Assembly: GCA_964474425.1 (NCBI GenBank)
Contig: CAYYTC010000006.1
Span: forward strand, 20,503 to 84,502
Direction of reading: 5' to 3'
DNA: 64,000 bases
From: an uncultured Acidobacteriota bacterium
GTDB lineage: Bacteria > Acidobacteriota > UBA6911
The position numbers and the translations under genes are program-made. How positions within the stretch are numbered: position 1 is the stretch's first letter; each line of letters begins with the position of its first letter. Below are positions 10,323 to 19,038 of the stretch, piece after piece. Below the pieces are notes generated by a model that saw only the letters and a list, made by a program, of their open reading frames with translations, was not told the origin of the DNA and did no database searches.

Positions 10323-11081
10323 TCAGGATCGCGAGAACATCCTGGAAATAAACTGGAGAATGGGATCGCCGCCCTCCGGATACCCGAAAAGCCGGCCCAT
10401 GCCGGCATCCGTTTCGACCGGATGCGCGGCATATTCAATCTGCTTCATCCTTAATTGCTCTTCCTGCTCCCGGAGCCTGGCCTGCTCCCGCTCGCGCGCC
10501 TTGCGGAGCCCGCCGTTTCGTATGAAGGACACGATCCGCTGAAGCTCCAGCCTGTCGAACCAGCTCCCGTGATCCCGGCACCAGTCCAGAACGACTCCGG
10601 AGCATCCGGAAAAGTTTTTATGATTCATCAGCTTCCCGCATTCCGGGCAAGGGATATAGGCGCGTTGCGGTTTGCTTGACGGCGTCGCCGGAGAATCATC
10701 TGTTCTGGATTGGAATCCGAGAACGGCTTCCTGGTCTTCCTCCTGCGTGCAGATTACCTGAAAGCTGTCTTTGTCCACCCAAATACCGCCGCACCGGGTG
10801 CATATCTGCAGGGAATGTCGTCCGACGGTTGCCGGCGCCAGGCCGGTTTTGCAGCGAGGGCACTTCAGGGAGCCGGATTTTTGCGGAACGGCGGGATCCA
10901 TTTTGGCGCCGCAAAAGGGACAATGTTTCATCCCAATGGCAACCGCGCCGAAACAGGAAGCACATACGCGGACAGCCAGTGCGGACCTGCAATATGGACA
11001 GGATGGGCTGTCGGGGGCGACGGCAGCTCCACAGTTCGGGCAATGGAACGCCCCAAGCCTGGTTTTTCCGGTTCCATCCAT
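10323..11081 (-). CDS. zinc-ribbon protein with N-terminal double zinc ribbon and two zf-TFIIB-like (CPxC...CxxCGGxWxD) modules
   Basis: 252 aa, at least 8 CxxC pairs, including CPRCKTGLAPATVGRHSLQICTRCGGIWVDKDSF and CPECGKLMNHKNFSGCSGVVLDWCRDHGSWFDRLELQRI. Charged helical C-terminus. Confidence 0.6.
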   Translation of the reverse strand: MDGTGKTRLGAFHCPNCGAAVAPDSPSCPYCRSALAVRVCASCFGAVAIGMKHCPFCGAKMDPAVPQKSGSLKCPRCKTGLAPATVGRHSLQICTRCGGIWVDKDSFQVICTQEEDQEAVLGFQSRTDDSPATPSSKPQRAYIPCPECGKLMNHKNFSGCSGVVLDWCRDHGSWFDRLELQRIVSFIRNGGLRKAREREQARLREQEEQLRMKQIEYAAHPVETDAGMGRLFGYPEGGDPILQFISRMFSRS

Positions 11082-11448
11082 TCAAAGCCCTCCGAAATCT
11101 TTATCCTCCATCCATTGCCGTCCTGTGTATCCATCGGATCAATCTTCAGGCACCATTAGCCCGTGCTTCCTATGGATGTTTGCGGGCTGTTGGCGGTGCC
11201 GTCGTCAATAAATGTCTTCATTGCCGGGTCCTGACGCAGACGAAGACCATGAATCGCCAACAAAATTCCGGCTTTGCCGATGAATCTCGGTGCGGCGGTA
11301 TCCCGTGGAATTGTGATCTGCATCACAGAACCGATCGCAAAGTCGCCATAAACTGGTAAACCTCAGATATCAATACGCTTCAGGCAGTATTGACACGGAG
11401 CGCTTCCCCTCGCATTCCGGCCGTGAACCTGTTTCCAGGAGAAGGCAA

Positions 11449-13200
11449 ATGTATCGAAAAAGGGGATTACTGTCGGTTCTGGCAATAGTTTTCGTTCTTC
11501 TAGTCGGATCAGCATCTTTTGGTCAGTCGCTGTCGGATATACGGCACAACATCAAAGCTAAGGGACAGAAGTGGATTGCAGGCGATACATCGATTTCCAT
11601 GCTGCCGGACAACGAGAAAAAGCGGCGCCTGGGATTGATCAGGCAGGCCGCAAACGGTAAGGAAAAAATTGTCCAGCTGCAGGAACCGGAGACGGGCCTG
11701 GCACCATCCGTCGATTGGACGAATTTCACCACCCCGGTGAGAAATCAGGGAAGCTGCGGGAGTTGCTGGGCTTTTGCCGTCACGGGCGCCCTGGAGGCCA
11801 ACATTCTGATCCGTGAAAACATGCCCCTCGGGGAGGATAACCGGGCGGAGCAGATCCTTGTTTCGTGCAGCGGGGCAGGAAGCTGTGGCGGCGGGAGTGT
11901 CGGTTCGGCGTCGATCTACGTTCAGTCCGTCGGCCTGCCGCCGGAATCGGATTTCCCCTACACAGCCACAGACAACACCTGCTCGAATGCCGAGCCAGGG
12001 TGGCAGGACAACACCAGTAAAGTCGGCTCGTGGTCCTATGTGAATACCACTCCGGCCAACCTTACGGCCATAAAAAATGCCCTTTCAACCTATGGCCCCT
12101 TGGTTACAACGATGGATGTCTATTACGATTTCTACTCATACAAGGGCGGAATCTACGAGTACTCTACAGGATCCCTTCAGGGAGGACACGCAGTTCTGAT
12201 CGTGGGATACACCGATGATCCGTCGCGCCCGGATGGGGGCTATTTCAAAGTTAAAAACAGCTGGGGAACCGGTTGGGGCAGCGGCGGCTATTTCCTGATC
12301 GGCTATTCGCAACTTAATAAACCGGTCTATTTTGGTGAATGGACCCTTGCGTACACGGCGCCGGCTTTAGTCTCGCCTCCGGCGGCGCCGGGCGGTTTGA
12401 CTGCATCCGCAGTTTCTTCCAGCCGTATCGATCTTGCCTGGACCGATAACTCAAACGATGAAGAGGGATTTAGAATTGAGCGCTGCACCGGCTCCGGTTG
12501 CAGCAATTTTTCGCAGCTGGCCACGGTCGGAATCGGTGTTACCTCCTACTCCAATACCGGCCTGACCGGAGGCGCAAGTTATTCCTACCGGGTGCGCGCG
12601 TACAACAACGGCGGCAACTCAGCCTATTCCGGCGCCGCAACCGCGACGACTCCGGCCGTGCAACCTCCTGCCGCCCCTACCGGTTTGACCCCTACCTCGG
12701 CTTCCACCAGCCAGATAAACCTAACGTGGACGGACAACTCCAGCAACGAAGCCGGTTTTAAAATTGAGCGCTGCACCGGTTCCGGGTGCACCGGCTTTGC
12801 GCAGATCGCCACAGTCGGTGCAGGCGTCCGGTCGTATAGCAACACGGGTCTTTCTGCAAATACCACATACGGATACAGGGTACGCGCCTATAATGCCGAT
12901 GCGAACTCGGCGTATTCGGGCGAAGCAAGCGCCAAAACGCTTTGCAGCTGCACAATTTCACCCACCAGCAAAAGCTTCCCGGCTTCCGGGGGCACCCTCA
13001 GCGTGACCGTTACTGCGGCCGCAGGCTGCAACTGGACGGTGAATGAAAGCCTGTCATGGGTGGAGAGCGTGAGTGCGGCAAGCGGCACAGGCAACGGCTC
13101 GTACACTTACAGAGTTGCCACAAACGCCAATCGCGCCCGGCGCGCCGGGACCATCAATATCGGGGGCAAGACCCACACGATCACACAGGCTAAGAAATAG
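11449..13200 (+). CDS. secreted papain-family (C1) cysteine peptidase with two tandem FN3 domains and a C-terminal BACON-like beta domain
   Basis: Signal peptide. Catalytic Gln/Cys (NQGSCGSCWAF), His (GGHAVLIVGY) and Asn-Ser-Trp (NSWGTGWG) motifs. Two about-94-aa repeats with ERCTGSGC...YRVRAYN...NSAYSG. C-terminal CSCTISP...CNWTV... domain. Confidence 0.8.
   Translation: MYRKRGLLSVLAIVFVLLVGSASFGQSLSDIRHNIKAKGQKWIAGDTSISMLPDNEKKRRLGLIRQAANGKEKIVQLQEPETGLAPSVDWTNFTTPVRNQGSCGSCWAFAVTGALEANILIRENMPLGEDNRAEQILVSCSGAGSCGGGSVGSASIYVQSVGLPPESDFPYTATDNTCSNAEPGWQDNTSKVGSWSYVNTTPANLTAIKNALSTYGPLVTTMDVYYDFYSYKGGIYEYSTGSLQGGHAVLIVGYTDDPSRPDGGYFKVKNSWGTGWGSGGYFLIGYSQLNKPVYFGEWTLAYTAPALVSPPAAPGGLTASAVSSSRIDLAWTDNSNDEEGFRIERCTGSGCSNFSQLATVGIGVTSYSNTGLTGGASYSYRVRAYNNGGNSAYSGAATATTPAVQPPAAPTGLTPTSASTSQINLTWTDNSSNEAGFKIERCTGSGCTGFAQIATVGAGVRSYSNTGLSANTTYGYRVRAYNADANSAYSGEASAKTLCSCTISPTSKSFPASGGTLSVTVTAAAGCNWTVNESLSWVESVSAASGTGNGSYTYRVATNANRARRAGTINIGGKTHTITQAKK
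12367..12931 (+). repeat. tandem direct repeat (2 x ~282 nt) encoding the two FN3 modules of the protease
   Basis: The two protein repeats are nearly co-linear (WTDNSN/SDEEGF-R/KIERCTGSGC...SYSNTGL...Y-YRVRAYN...NSAYSG), implying a recent intragenic duplication. Confidence 0.6.
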
Positions 13201-13253
13201 CGACAGCAGGGGTGTGCCAAAGCTACTTCTGTCCATAACGCCACTTGGGGAAA

Positions 13254-13278
13254 GGGGGCGGCCGGAAGGCCGCTCCCC
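13254..13278 (+). terminator. GC-rich stem-loop (10-bp stem, GGAA tetraloop) downstream of the protease gene; candidate intrinsic terminator without a U-tract
   Basis: GGGGGCGGCC-GGAA-GGCCGCTCCCC, one G-U wobble, 54 nt after the stop codon. Confidence 0.35.
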
Positions 13279-13738
13279 AAGCCGTCTGCTCCCCACATCC
13301 AGCCGGTCCTGCATTCTTCAACGAATTCCACCTTCCACCTTCTACCTTCCACCTTTTTCATCTCCCGACCTCCGTCTTCCATGTCCCGCCGTCCTTTTGC
13401 GGCCTATCATGAGCACAGCCCTTTGTCGGGTATTGATCCAATAATCCCTGATTTTTGCCTAACTTTATATGCCGCAACTATGCTAATATTGCATGGCTAT
13501 TTCAAAATGATAGGGCAACGAGGTTTTTGTTGAAAATACTGACGGGATTGAGCGTCTGGTGCATCCAATGGAACGATATTTGGCTGCGGCCAGGTAAGCG
13601 TTTAAACGGACAGAATTGAGGCGGCCGCAGCAAGCACTGGTGAATTCCGCAGTAAAGCTTGTGTAGTCACTACCGCAGATAAAAATCGGCATAGCCAGAC
13701 TGCAGCGGGTGTTCGACTCTGTCATCGGAGCATGAACC

Positions 13739-14317
13739 TTGACAGTGGAAAAGTTCAGCCCCTTTGTTCAAAGTGATGCTGAAAAGTGCATCGGCTGCAG
13801 GACTTGCGAGATTGCCTGTTCACTTGCCCATTCCCCGGATCCTGTGAAGACCGCCGGTGCGGCCGTCGGAGCATTCGTTCCCCGGCTGTTCGTGATGGTT
13901 ACGGCCGAAGTGGCGGCTCCTGTGCAATGCCATCACTGCGAAAACGCGCCCTGCCGCAATATTTGCCAGATGTCGGCTATCTCCCGGGTGGACGGCAGGA
14001 CGGTTGTCGATACCGGACGGTGCGTCGGCTGCAAGCTCTGTTTTATGGCGTGCCCCTTTGGGGCCATTGAATTTGTCCCCCAGCCCGACGGCACAAGGCC
14101 GATACATCTCGGAGCCTATTCCAGTCCGGAGGAATGGGCGAGCCGGCGCTGTCACCGCGCCAACAACTGCGACTTGTGCGTGAACCGCAAGGGTGGACCG
14201 GCCTGCGTCGAAACCTGTCCTCAAAAAGCGCTTGACCTTGTCAATCCGGCGGCGGAAAAAAACCGGCGCAATACTGAAGCGGCGCTGGACTTGCTGCTGC
14301 AGATGGGCGGAGATTAG
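13739..14317 (+). CDS. HycB/HydN-type 4x[4Fe-4S] ferredoxin
   Basis: 192 aa with four CxxCxxCxxxCP-type motifs (CIGCRTCEIAC, CHHCENAPCRNIC, CVGCKLCFMACP, CDLCVNRKGGPACVETCP). Confidence 0.8.
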   Translation: MTVEKFSPFVQSDAEKCIGCRTCEIACSLAHSPDPVKTAGAAVGAFVPRLFVMVTAEVAAPVQCHHCENAPCRNICQMSAISRVDGRTVVDTGRCVGCKLCFMACPFGAIEFVPQPDGTRPIHLGAYSSPEEWASRRCHRANNCDLCVNRKGGPACVETCPQKALDLVNPAAEKNRRNTEAALDLLLQMGGD

Positions 14318-14335
14318 CAAAAGCAAAAAGGAGTA

Positions 14336-15724
14336 GTGCGGGTGACTGAAGGATTTAGCCGGATTGATCAGGAGCTGTGCACCGGGTGCGACAACTGCAC
14401 CGCGACATGCCCCGCCGATGCCATCAGCGGTCAAAAGTATCAACCTCACGCGATTTCCGAGGAGCGTTGCGTGAGCTGCGGGCGATGCGTTCAAATCTGC
14501 AACGCTTACGACTCGATTTTCCAGAAATACCCGACACCGCGGGACCTGAGGCTGAAGCAACGGGACCTTCCGCCCGGATTCCCTGAGCCCCTGTTTGCGG
14601 CTTATGACCGGCGCTTTACCTCGAGTGTCAAGGCGGCCCTGGCCGATCCCGGCCTTGTGGTGATGGCTCAACTGGGACCGGCCGTATGCGGGCCCCTGGC
14701 CGAGGATTTCGGTTTGCCCGCGGGATCCCTGACGGAAGGGCGGGTCGTGGCAGCGCTGAAAAAGGCCGGCTTTCGGAAGGTATATAGCTTTTCGCTTCCG
14801 GCGGCGATGGCGGTGCTCGAAGAAGCGCATGAACTTGTCGAGCGGCTGCGGGAGGGCAGAATTTTGCCCGTTATCAACTCCTCGTGTCCGGCGGGAGTCA
14901 AGTTTATCGAGCAGTCCCACCCGGAGCTGATCCACTATATTGCGGGAAATAAATCCCCGCACCAGATAGCGGGCACGCTTGTCAAGTCGCGCGCTGCAAA
15001 AATGCTCCAGCTTTCTCCGGAAAGGATTTACAGCGTTTCCATCGGCCCCTGCAATTCCCGGAAATTTGAGGCAAGCCGGCCGGAGATGGCCTCCGGAGGA
15101 CGCCGGGACATCGATGCGGTATTGACGTCCCGGGATCTGGCTCATCTGATCAAGGACCTCGGAATCGACCTGTCTTCAATGGGTGAAGAAAGCCACGACC
15201 ATGAACTCCCCCCCCTGGTCGGGATGGATAGGGTCTACGGCATCCCGGGAGACATTACCGAAGCGGTCCTGAAGGCCGGTTACGGGCTTCTCGCGCCCTC
15301 GGCGGGACAGGCGCTGGAAGTGCAGTTTACCGAAACGGAAACCGAGGGAGTCCGCGCCGCCTCCGTAAAACTGGATGCATTCAGCGTAAAGGCAGTCGCC
15401 CTTACCGGGCTGCCGAATGCGGTCCCATTTCTCGATGCGATAAAGGCCGGCAAAAGCGACATCGCGTTTCTGGAAATCCTGGCATGCCCGATGGGCTGTG
15501 TCAGCGGCGGGGGACAGCCCAAGATCCTGCTGCCCCAGGATAAAACAGCCGCCTACCTGGAACGGGCGCGGCTCAACGGTGTCCCGGATGCCCGGGCCCT
15601 GCACAGTCTCGCGCGCAACGCTGAAGTGCAGAGGATCTATCGCGAGTGTTTTGGCAGACCCTGCGGCAACAAATCGAATCACGGCATTTATACGCAGTAT
15701 GTGGAGCGAAAACTGAGCCAATGA
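14336..15724 (+). CDS. [FeFe]-hydrogenase H-domain protein (M2-type: two N-terminal ferredoxin clusters) with non-canonical L1 motif
   Basis: L2 GPCNSRKFEA and L3 EILACPMGCVSGGGQP match the H-cluster signatures MPCxxKxxE and ExMACxxGCxxGGGQP. L1 reads NSSCPAG instead of TSCCPGW. N-terminus CTGCDNCTATCP and CVSCGRCVQIC. Confidence 0.8.
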   Translation: MRVTEGFSRIDQELCTGCDNCTATCPADAISGQKYQPHAISEERCVSCGRCVQICNAYDSIFQKYPTPRDLRLKQRDLPPGFPEPLFAAYDRRFTSSVKAALADPGLVVMAQLGPAVCGPLAEDFGLPAGSLTEGRVVAALKKAGFRKVYSFSLPAAMAVLEEAHELVERLREGRILPVINSSCPAGVKFIEQSHPELIHYIAGNKSPHQIAGTLVKSRAAKMLQLSPERIYSVSIGPCNSRKFEASRPEMASGGRRDIDAVLTSRDLAHLIKDLGIDLSSMGEESHDHELPPLVGMDRVYGIPGDITEAVLKAGYGLLAPSAGQALEVQFTETETEGVRAASVKLDAFSVKAVALTGLPNAVPFLDAIKAGKSDIAFLEILACPMGCVSGGGQPKILLPQDKTAAYLERARLNGVPDARALHSLARNAEVQRIYRECFGRPCGNKSNHGIYTQYVERKLSQ

Positions 15725-15770
15725 GGAATCGGGCGGTCCTTTTCGGAAGCGGATCGCCGCGGGGCGAAAC

Positions 15771-16250
15771 ATGGGATTTTTGCTGATAACACCGGAAGAC
15801 TGCACCAGTTGCCATTCGTGCGAACTGGCCTGTTCTCTGTTTCACGAAGAGGAGTTTAACCCTGCCCGCGCCCGCGTCGAGGTTCGGACGTGGGACGACA
15901 ACACGCACTCCGCCTCCGTAATGTGCCTGCAATGTGAAGAAGCCGGATGCATGGCCATCTGCCCGGCGGGAGCCATTACTGAAGACAAAACCACAGGGGC
16001 GCGCCTGGTCAACGGGTCGAAGTGCATCAAGTGCCGGATGTGCATCCAGATCTGTCCGTTCGGCAGCAATTTCTTCGACCTCAAGGGCCGCAAAATACTC
16101 AAATGCGACCTTTGCGACGGGGACCCGCAGTGCGCGAGGGTCTGCCCCTCGGGCGCCATCGTGTACGGGGAGCGGAATACGGCGAACACGGCGAAGCGGC
16201 AGCAGGCGGCCGCCAAGCTGAAAGTAATTTCCCGGGGAGCGAGAAGGTAA
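15771..16250 (+). CDS. 4x[4Fe-4S] ferredoxin (HycB-like)
   Basis: 159 aa, four Cys clusters (CTSCHSCELAC, CLQCEEAGCMAICP, CIKCRMCIQICP, CDLCDGDPQCARVCP). Confidence 0.75.
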   Translation: MGFLLITPEDCTSCHSCELACSLFHEEEFNPARARVEVRTWDDNTHSASVMCLQCEEAGCMAICPAGAITEDKTTGARLVNGSKCIKCRMCIQICPFGSNFFDLKGRKILKCDLCDGDPQCARVCPSGAIVYGERNTANTAKRQQAAAKLKVISRGARR

Positions 16251-17563
16251 TGTTCGGTTGGTGTGGACGATTGTTGCGGGTGAATCTGACGGACGGCGCC
16301 ATCGCCAGGGAATCCCTGGACCCTGAAGCCGCCAGAACCTTTCTTGGCGGGCGCGGGCTCGGGACCCGGCTGCATGCAAAAGAGGTCTCTTCCTCCTGCG
16401 AACCGCTGGGCGCCGCAAACCATCTGGTGTTTATCACCGGCCCTCTGACGGGCACCGTCGCGCCTAACGGCGGCCGCTACACGGTTGTCACCCGCGTGCC
16501 GCCCGAAGGCTCCATTGCCGCGGCCAGCATCAGCGGGAAATGGGGTTCGGAGCTCAAATTCGCCGGATTCGACGGGATCATCGTCGAGGGCAGAGCGGCT
16601 GAACCGTCCTATCTCTGGATTAAGGACGGCCATGCGGAATTGCGCTCCGCCGCGCGCGTTTGGGGCAAGCCGGTGAGGGAAACGACCGACCTGCTGGTCG
16701 CGGAAACGCACGAGAGATCGGTCGTTTCCTGTATCGGCCCCGCGGGCGAGAACGGCGTGAAAGGGTCGGTAATCGTCAGCGATTATTTTTCGGCTGCAGG
16801 CGGAGCGGGCGCGGGCCGGGTCATGGGCTCGAAGAATCTAAAGGCCATCGTCGTCTGCGGCACAATCGGGTTCCGTGCAGCCGATCACAGGCGGTTTCTC
16901 AAGCTGGCCACGGAATTCCGGACCTGGATGAAGACCAAACCGATTGCCGCAAGGGGCGTGCGTCTGCATGATTGCTTTCTCCGGGCGGACAGTGTCGCGT
17001 GGGATGCTGCGGCGCCCGAATCCAGGCCGGCCCGAACCAGGGGCTGCTTCGGTTGCGCAACTTCTTTTTCGTCTTTTACATTCGATGACAAAGTCAGGGC
17101 CCTGCCGCTGCTTGCGGGATCGCCGCCCGCCGAACTGGGCGAGAGGCTGAGGGAATACCGGCATTTTGCCGACCTGGGGCTGGATTTTGTCGCAGCCAAG
17201 ACCTCCCTGGCTTCTCTCGGCAAAGAGGCCGAAGCGGATCCGGCCGGGTTTGCCCGAAAGCTGGCCGCCGGCGAAATGGAAGGAACCGGAAGCATAAACG
17301 GCAATCGCGCGATGGACCGGGGAGCCTGTTTTGCTTCCGGTTACGCGGTTGCCCCGAATATCTCCCAGGGCAACGGACAGGACAGGGCGCTGAGCTGCCT
17401 GGTAAGCATTCTTGATTCCGCGGGATTGTGTCCGTTCCTTGCCGCCGGGATAGAAACAGGCACGATCGCCGGGCTGCTGAATGCGGCCACGGGAATCGAT
17501 TTTTCGCAGGAAGAAATCCTGCAGGCGGGGCAGCGCATCAGCCTGCCCGGCAACACCGACTGA
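16250..17563 (+). CDS. aldehyde:ferredoxin oxidoreductase (AOR) family protein, truncated (N-terminal AOR domain plus shortened C-terminal region)
   Basis: Start is TAATG-coupled to the preceding ferredoxin. N-domain MFGWCGRLLRVNLTDG...GGRGLG...LVFITGPLTG...KNLKAIVVCGT is typical AOR. C-terminus keeps CFGC and the DSAGLCPF (DSxGLCxF) cluster-ligand motif, but the protein is about 437 aa versus about 600 for canonical AORs. Confidence 0.65.
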   Translation: MFGWCGRLLRVNLTDGAIARESLDPEAARTFLGGRGLGTRLHAKEVSSSCEPLGAANHLVFITGPLTGTVAPNGGRYTVVTRVPPEGSIAAASISGKWGSELKFAGFDGIIVEGRAAEPSYLWIKDGHAELRSAARVWGKPVRETTDLLVAETHERSVVSCIGPAGENGVKGSVIVSDYFSAAGGAGAGRVMGSKNLKAIVVCGTIGFRAADHRRFLKLATEFRTWMKTKPIAARGVRLHDCFLRADSVAWDAAAPESRPARTRGCFGCATSFSSFTFDDKVRALPLLAGSPPAELGERLREYRHFADLGLDFVAAKTSLASLGKEAEADPAGFARKLAAGEMEGTGSINGNRAMDRGACFASGYAVAPNISQGNGQDRALSCLVSILDSAGLCPFLAAGIETGTIAGLLNAATGIDFSQEEILQAGQRISLPGNTD

Positions 17564-17628
17564 AGGCGTTGCCGAAGGGACTATGAAGAACACGTGCGCA
17601 ATGATACGCCGGTCGTTGATCTCCGCGC

Positions 17629-19038
17629 TTGGCATTCACAGGGGGTGAAGACTTGTTCCTGTTGCCTGTACTGTTAGCTGCGGCAGCAATGCTGGGTACC
17701 CTGGCCGTAGTGGTTCGCAGCTATGGCGCTGTCTGGTCCTTTGACCTGGGCACCGTGCCCTGGCTGGCCGGCCGGGAGGCCTTATTCGGCATCCGTATCG
17801 ACGGATTGAGTTCCCTGATGCTGCTGGCTATCACCGTAGTCGGCTTTCTGATCATCCTTTACTCCGGCGGATACGTGAGCGCCCGCAACCGCGAGCACCC
17901 GTCCAACGAAGGACAGGGACGGTACTATTTCTTCATGCTGCTCTTCGTTGCCGCGATGATCGGCCTGGTGATTTCGCCCAATTTCTTTCAGTTGTTCATT
18001 TTTTGGGAACTGACGACGCTCTGCTCCTGGGGTCTGATAGCCTTCTACCGCGACAGGGAAGCGCTGGGTTCCGCTTATAAGGCGCTGTTGATCACCCATG
18101 CCATGGGGCTCTTCCTCGAAGCTGGCATCATTCTCGTTTACGTCAACACCGGTTCATTCGCCTTTCCCGCCATCGAGCAGCTTTCCCCCGCGCTGAAGAC
18201 ACTGGCCGTGGTTTTCTTTGTGATCGCGGCGCTGGCGAAGGCCGCGCAGTTTCCGTTCTTCACGTGGCTTCCTACGGCCATGGCGGCCCCGACTCCGGCC
18301 AGCGCCTATCTTCATGCCGCGGCAATGGTCAAGGCCGGCATCTATCTGATAGCCCGGCTGCTGATCAGTATGAGCGTGTTCCCGCCCAAGGTCGGTGTTG
18401 TTCTCGGCGCCCTGGCGATGGTGACCATGCTGACCGCCGTGCTGCTCTACTTCGTTCAGGACGACTTGAAAAGGCTTCTTGCCTACTCCACCATTGCAAA
18501 TCTGGGCTACATGGTCCTGGGTCTTTCGCTCGGCAGCCTGGGATCCAGCCTGGCTTTGCGTGGCGGCCTGCTTCATCTCATCGGGCACTCATTCACCAAA
18601 AGCCTGCTTTTCCTGGCGGTCGGCGCGATATCGTTCGCGACCGGGACGCGCAGGATCTCAACGCTGAGCGGCCTCAACAAGAGAATGCCGCTGACTTCTT
18701 TGGCCTTCGTCCTCGGGGCTCTCGCCATCAGCGGCGTCCCTCCCTTCAACATGTTCTGGAGCAAGTTTTTCATAATTGCCGGCGCTTTTCAGCTGCATAC
18801 GGGTTGGGGGTGGACGCTCGGGCTGCTGGCACTGGTGGAAAGCGTCGCGGGATTTGCATGGTTTCTGCATGTCGTGCACAAGGTTGTTTTCGGCGCCCCG
18901 GCCCCGGCAGCCGAAGGAGCGCAGGATCCGCCCGCCGTTATGGCGATACCCTTGCTGGCGCTGATGGGCCTAATCCTGCTTTCGACCGTTTTCGCCTTGC
19001 CGATTATTGACCGGCTGGTCGGAGGATTGGGACGATGA
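17629..19038 (+). CDS. hydrogenase-4 antiporter-like membrane subunit (HyfD/NuoM/MnhD-like)
   Basis: 469 aa polytopic protein of the NuoL/M/N fold. Start codon uncertain. Confidence 0.8.
   Translation: MAFTGGEDLFLLPVLLAAAAMLGTLAVVVRSYGAVWSFDLGTVPWLAGREALFGIRIDGLSSLMLLAITVVGFLIILYSGGYVSARNREHPSNEGQGRYYFFMLLFVAAMIGLVISPNFFQLFIFWELTTLCSWGLIAFYRDREALGSAYKALLITHAMGLFLEAGIILVYVNTGSFAFPAIEQLSPALKTLAVVFFVIAALAKAAQFPFFTWLPTAMAAPTPASAYLHAAAMVKAGIYLIARLLISMSVFPPKVGVVLGALAMVTMLTAVLLYFVQDDLKRLLAYSTIANLGYMVLGLSLGSLGSSLALRGGLLHLIGHSFTKSLLFLAVGAISFATGTRRISTLSGLNKRMPLTSLAFVLGALAISGVPPFNMFWSKFFIIAGAFQLHTGWGWTLGLLALVESVAGFAWFLHVVHKVVFGAPAPAAEGAQDPPAVMAIPLLALMGLILLSTVFALPIIDRLVGGLGR

Noticed and set aside
13420-13440. 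FNR/CRP-like half site TTGATCCAATAATC
   Set aside because: Only the left half matches TTGAT-N4-ATCAA.
13560-13585. Possible sigma-54 promoter (TGGAACG-N4-TTGGC) upstream of the hydrogenase locus, as expected for FhlA-controlled FHL operons
   Set aside because: The -12 element reads TTGG rather than TTGC, and the GG/GC spacing is off by one. Too weak to call without a search for an FhlA-like regulator or upstream activator sites.
16022-16249. N-terminal extension of the AOR-like ORF and of the HycD ORF (22487-22756)
   Set aside because: Both extensions overlap the 3' ends of upstream conserved genes in another frame. Conserved N-termini begin at 16250 (MFGWCGR) and 22757 (VTNIAIGVF...LLDGVLRK).
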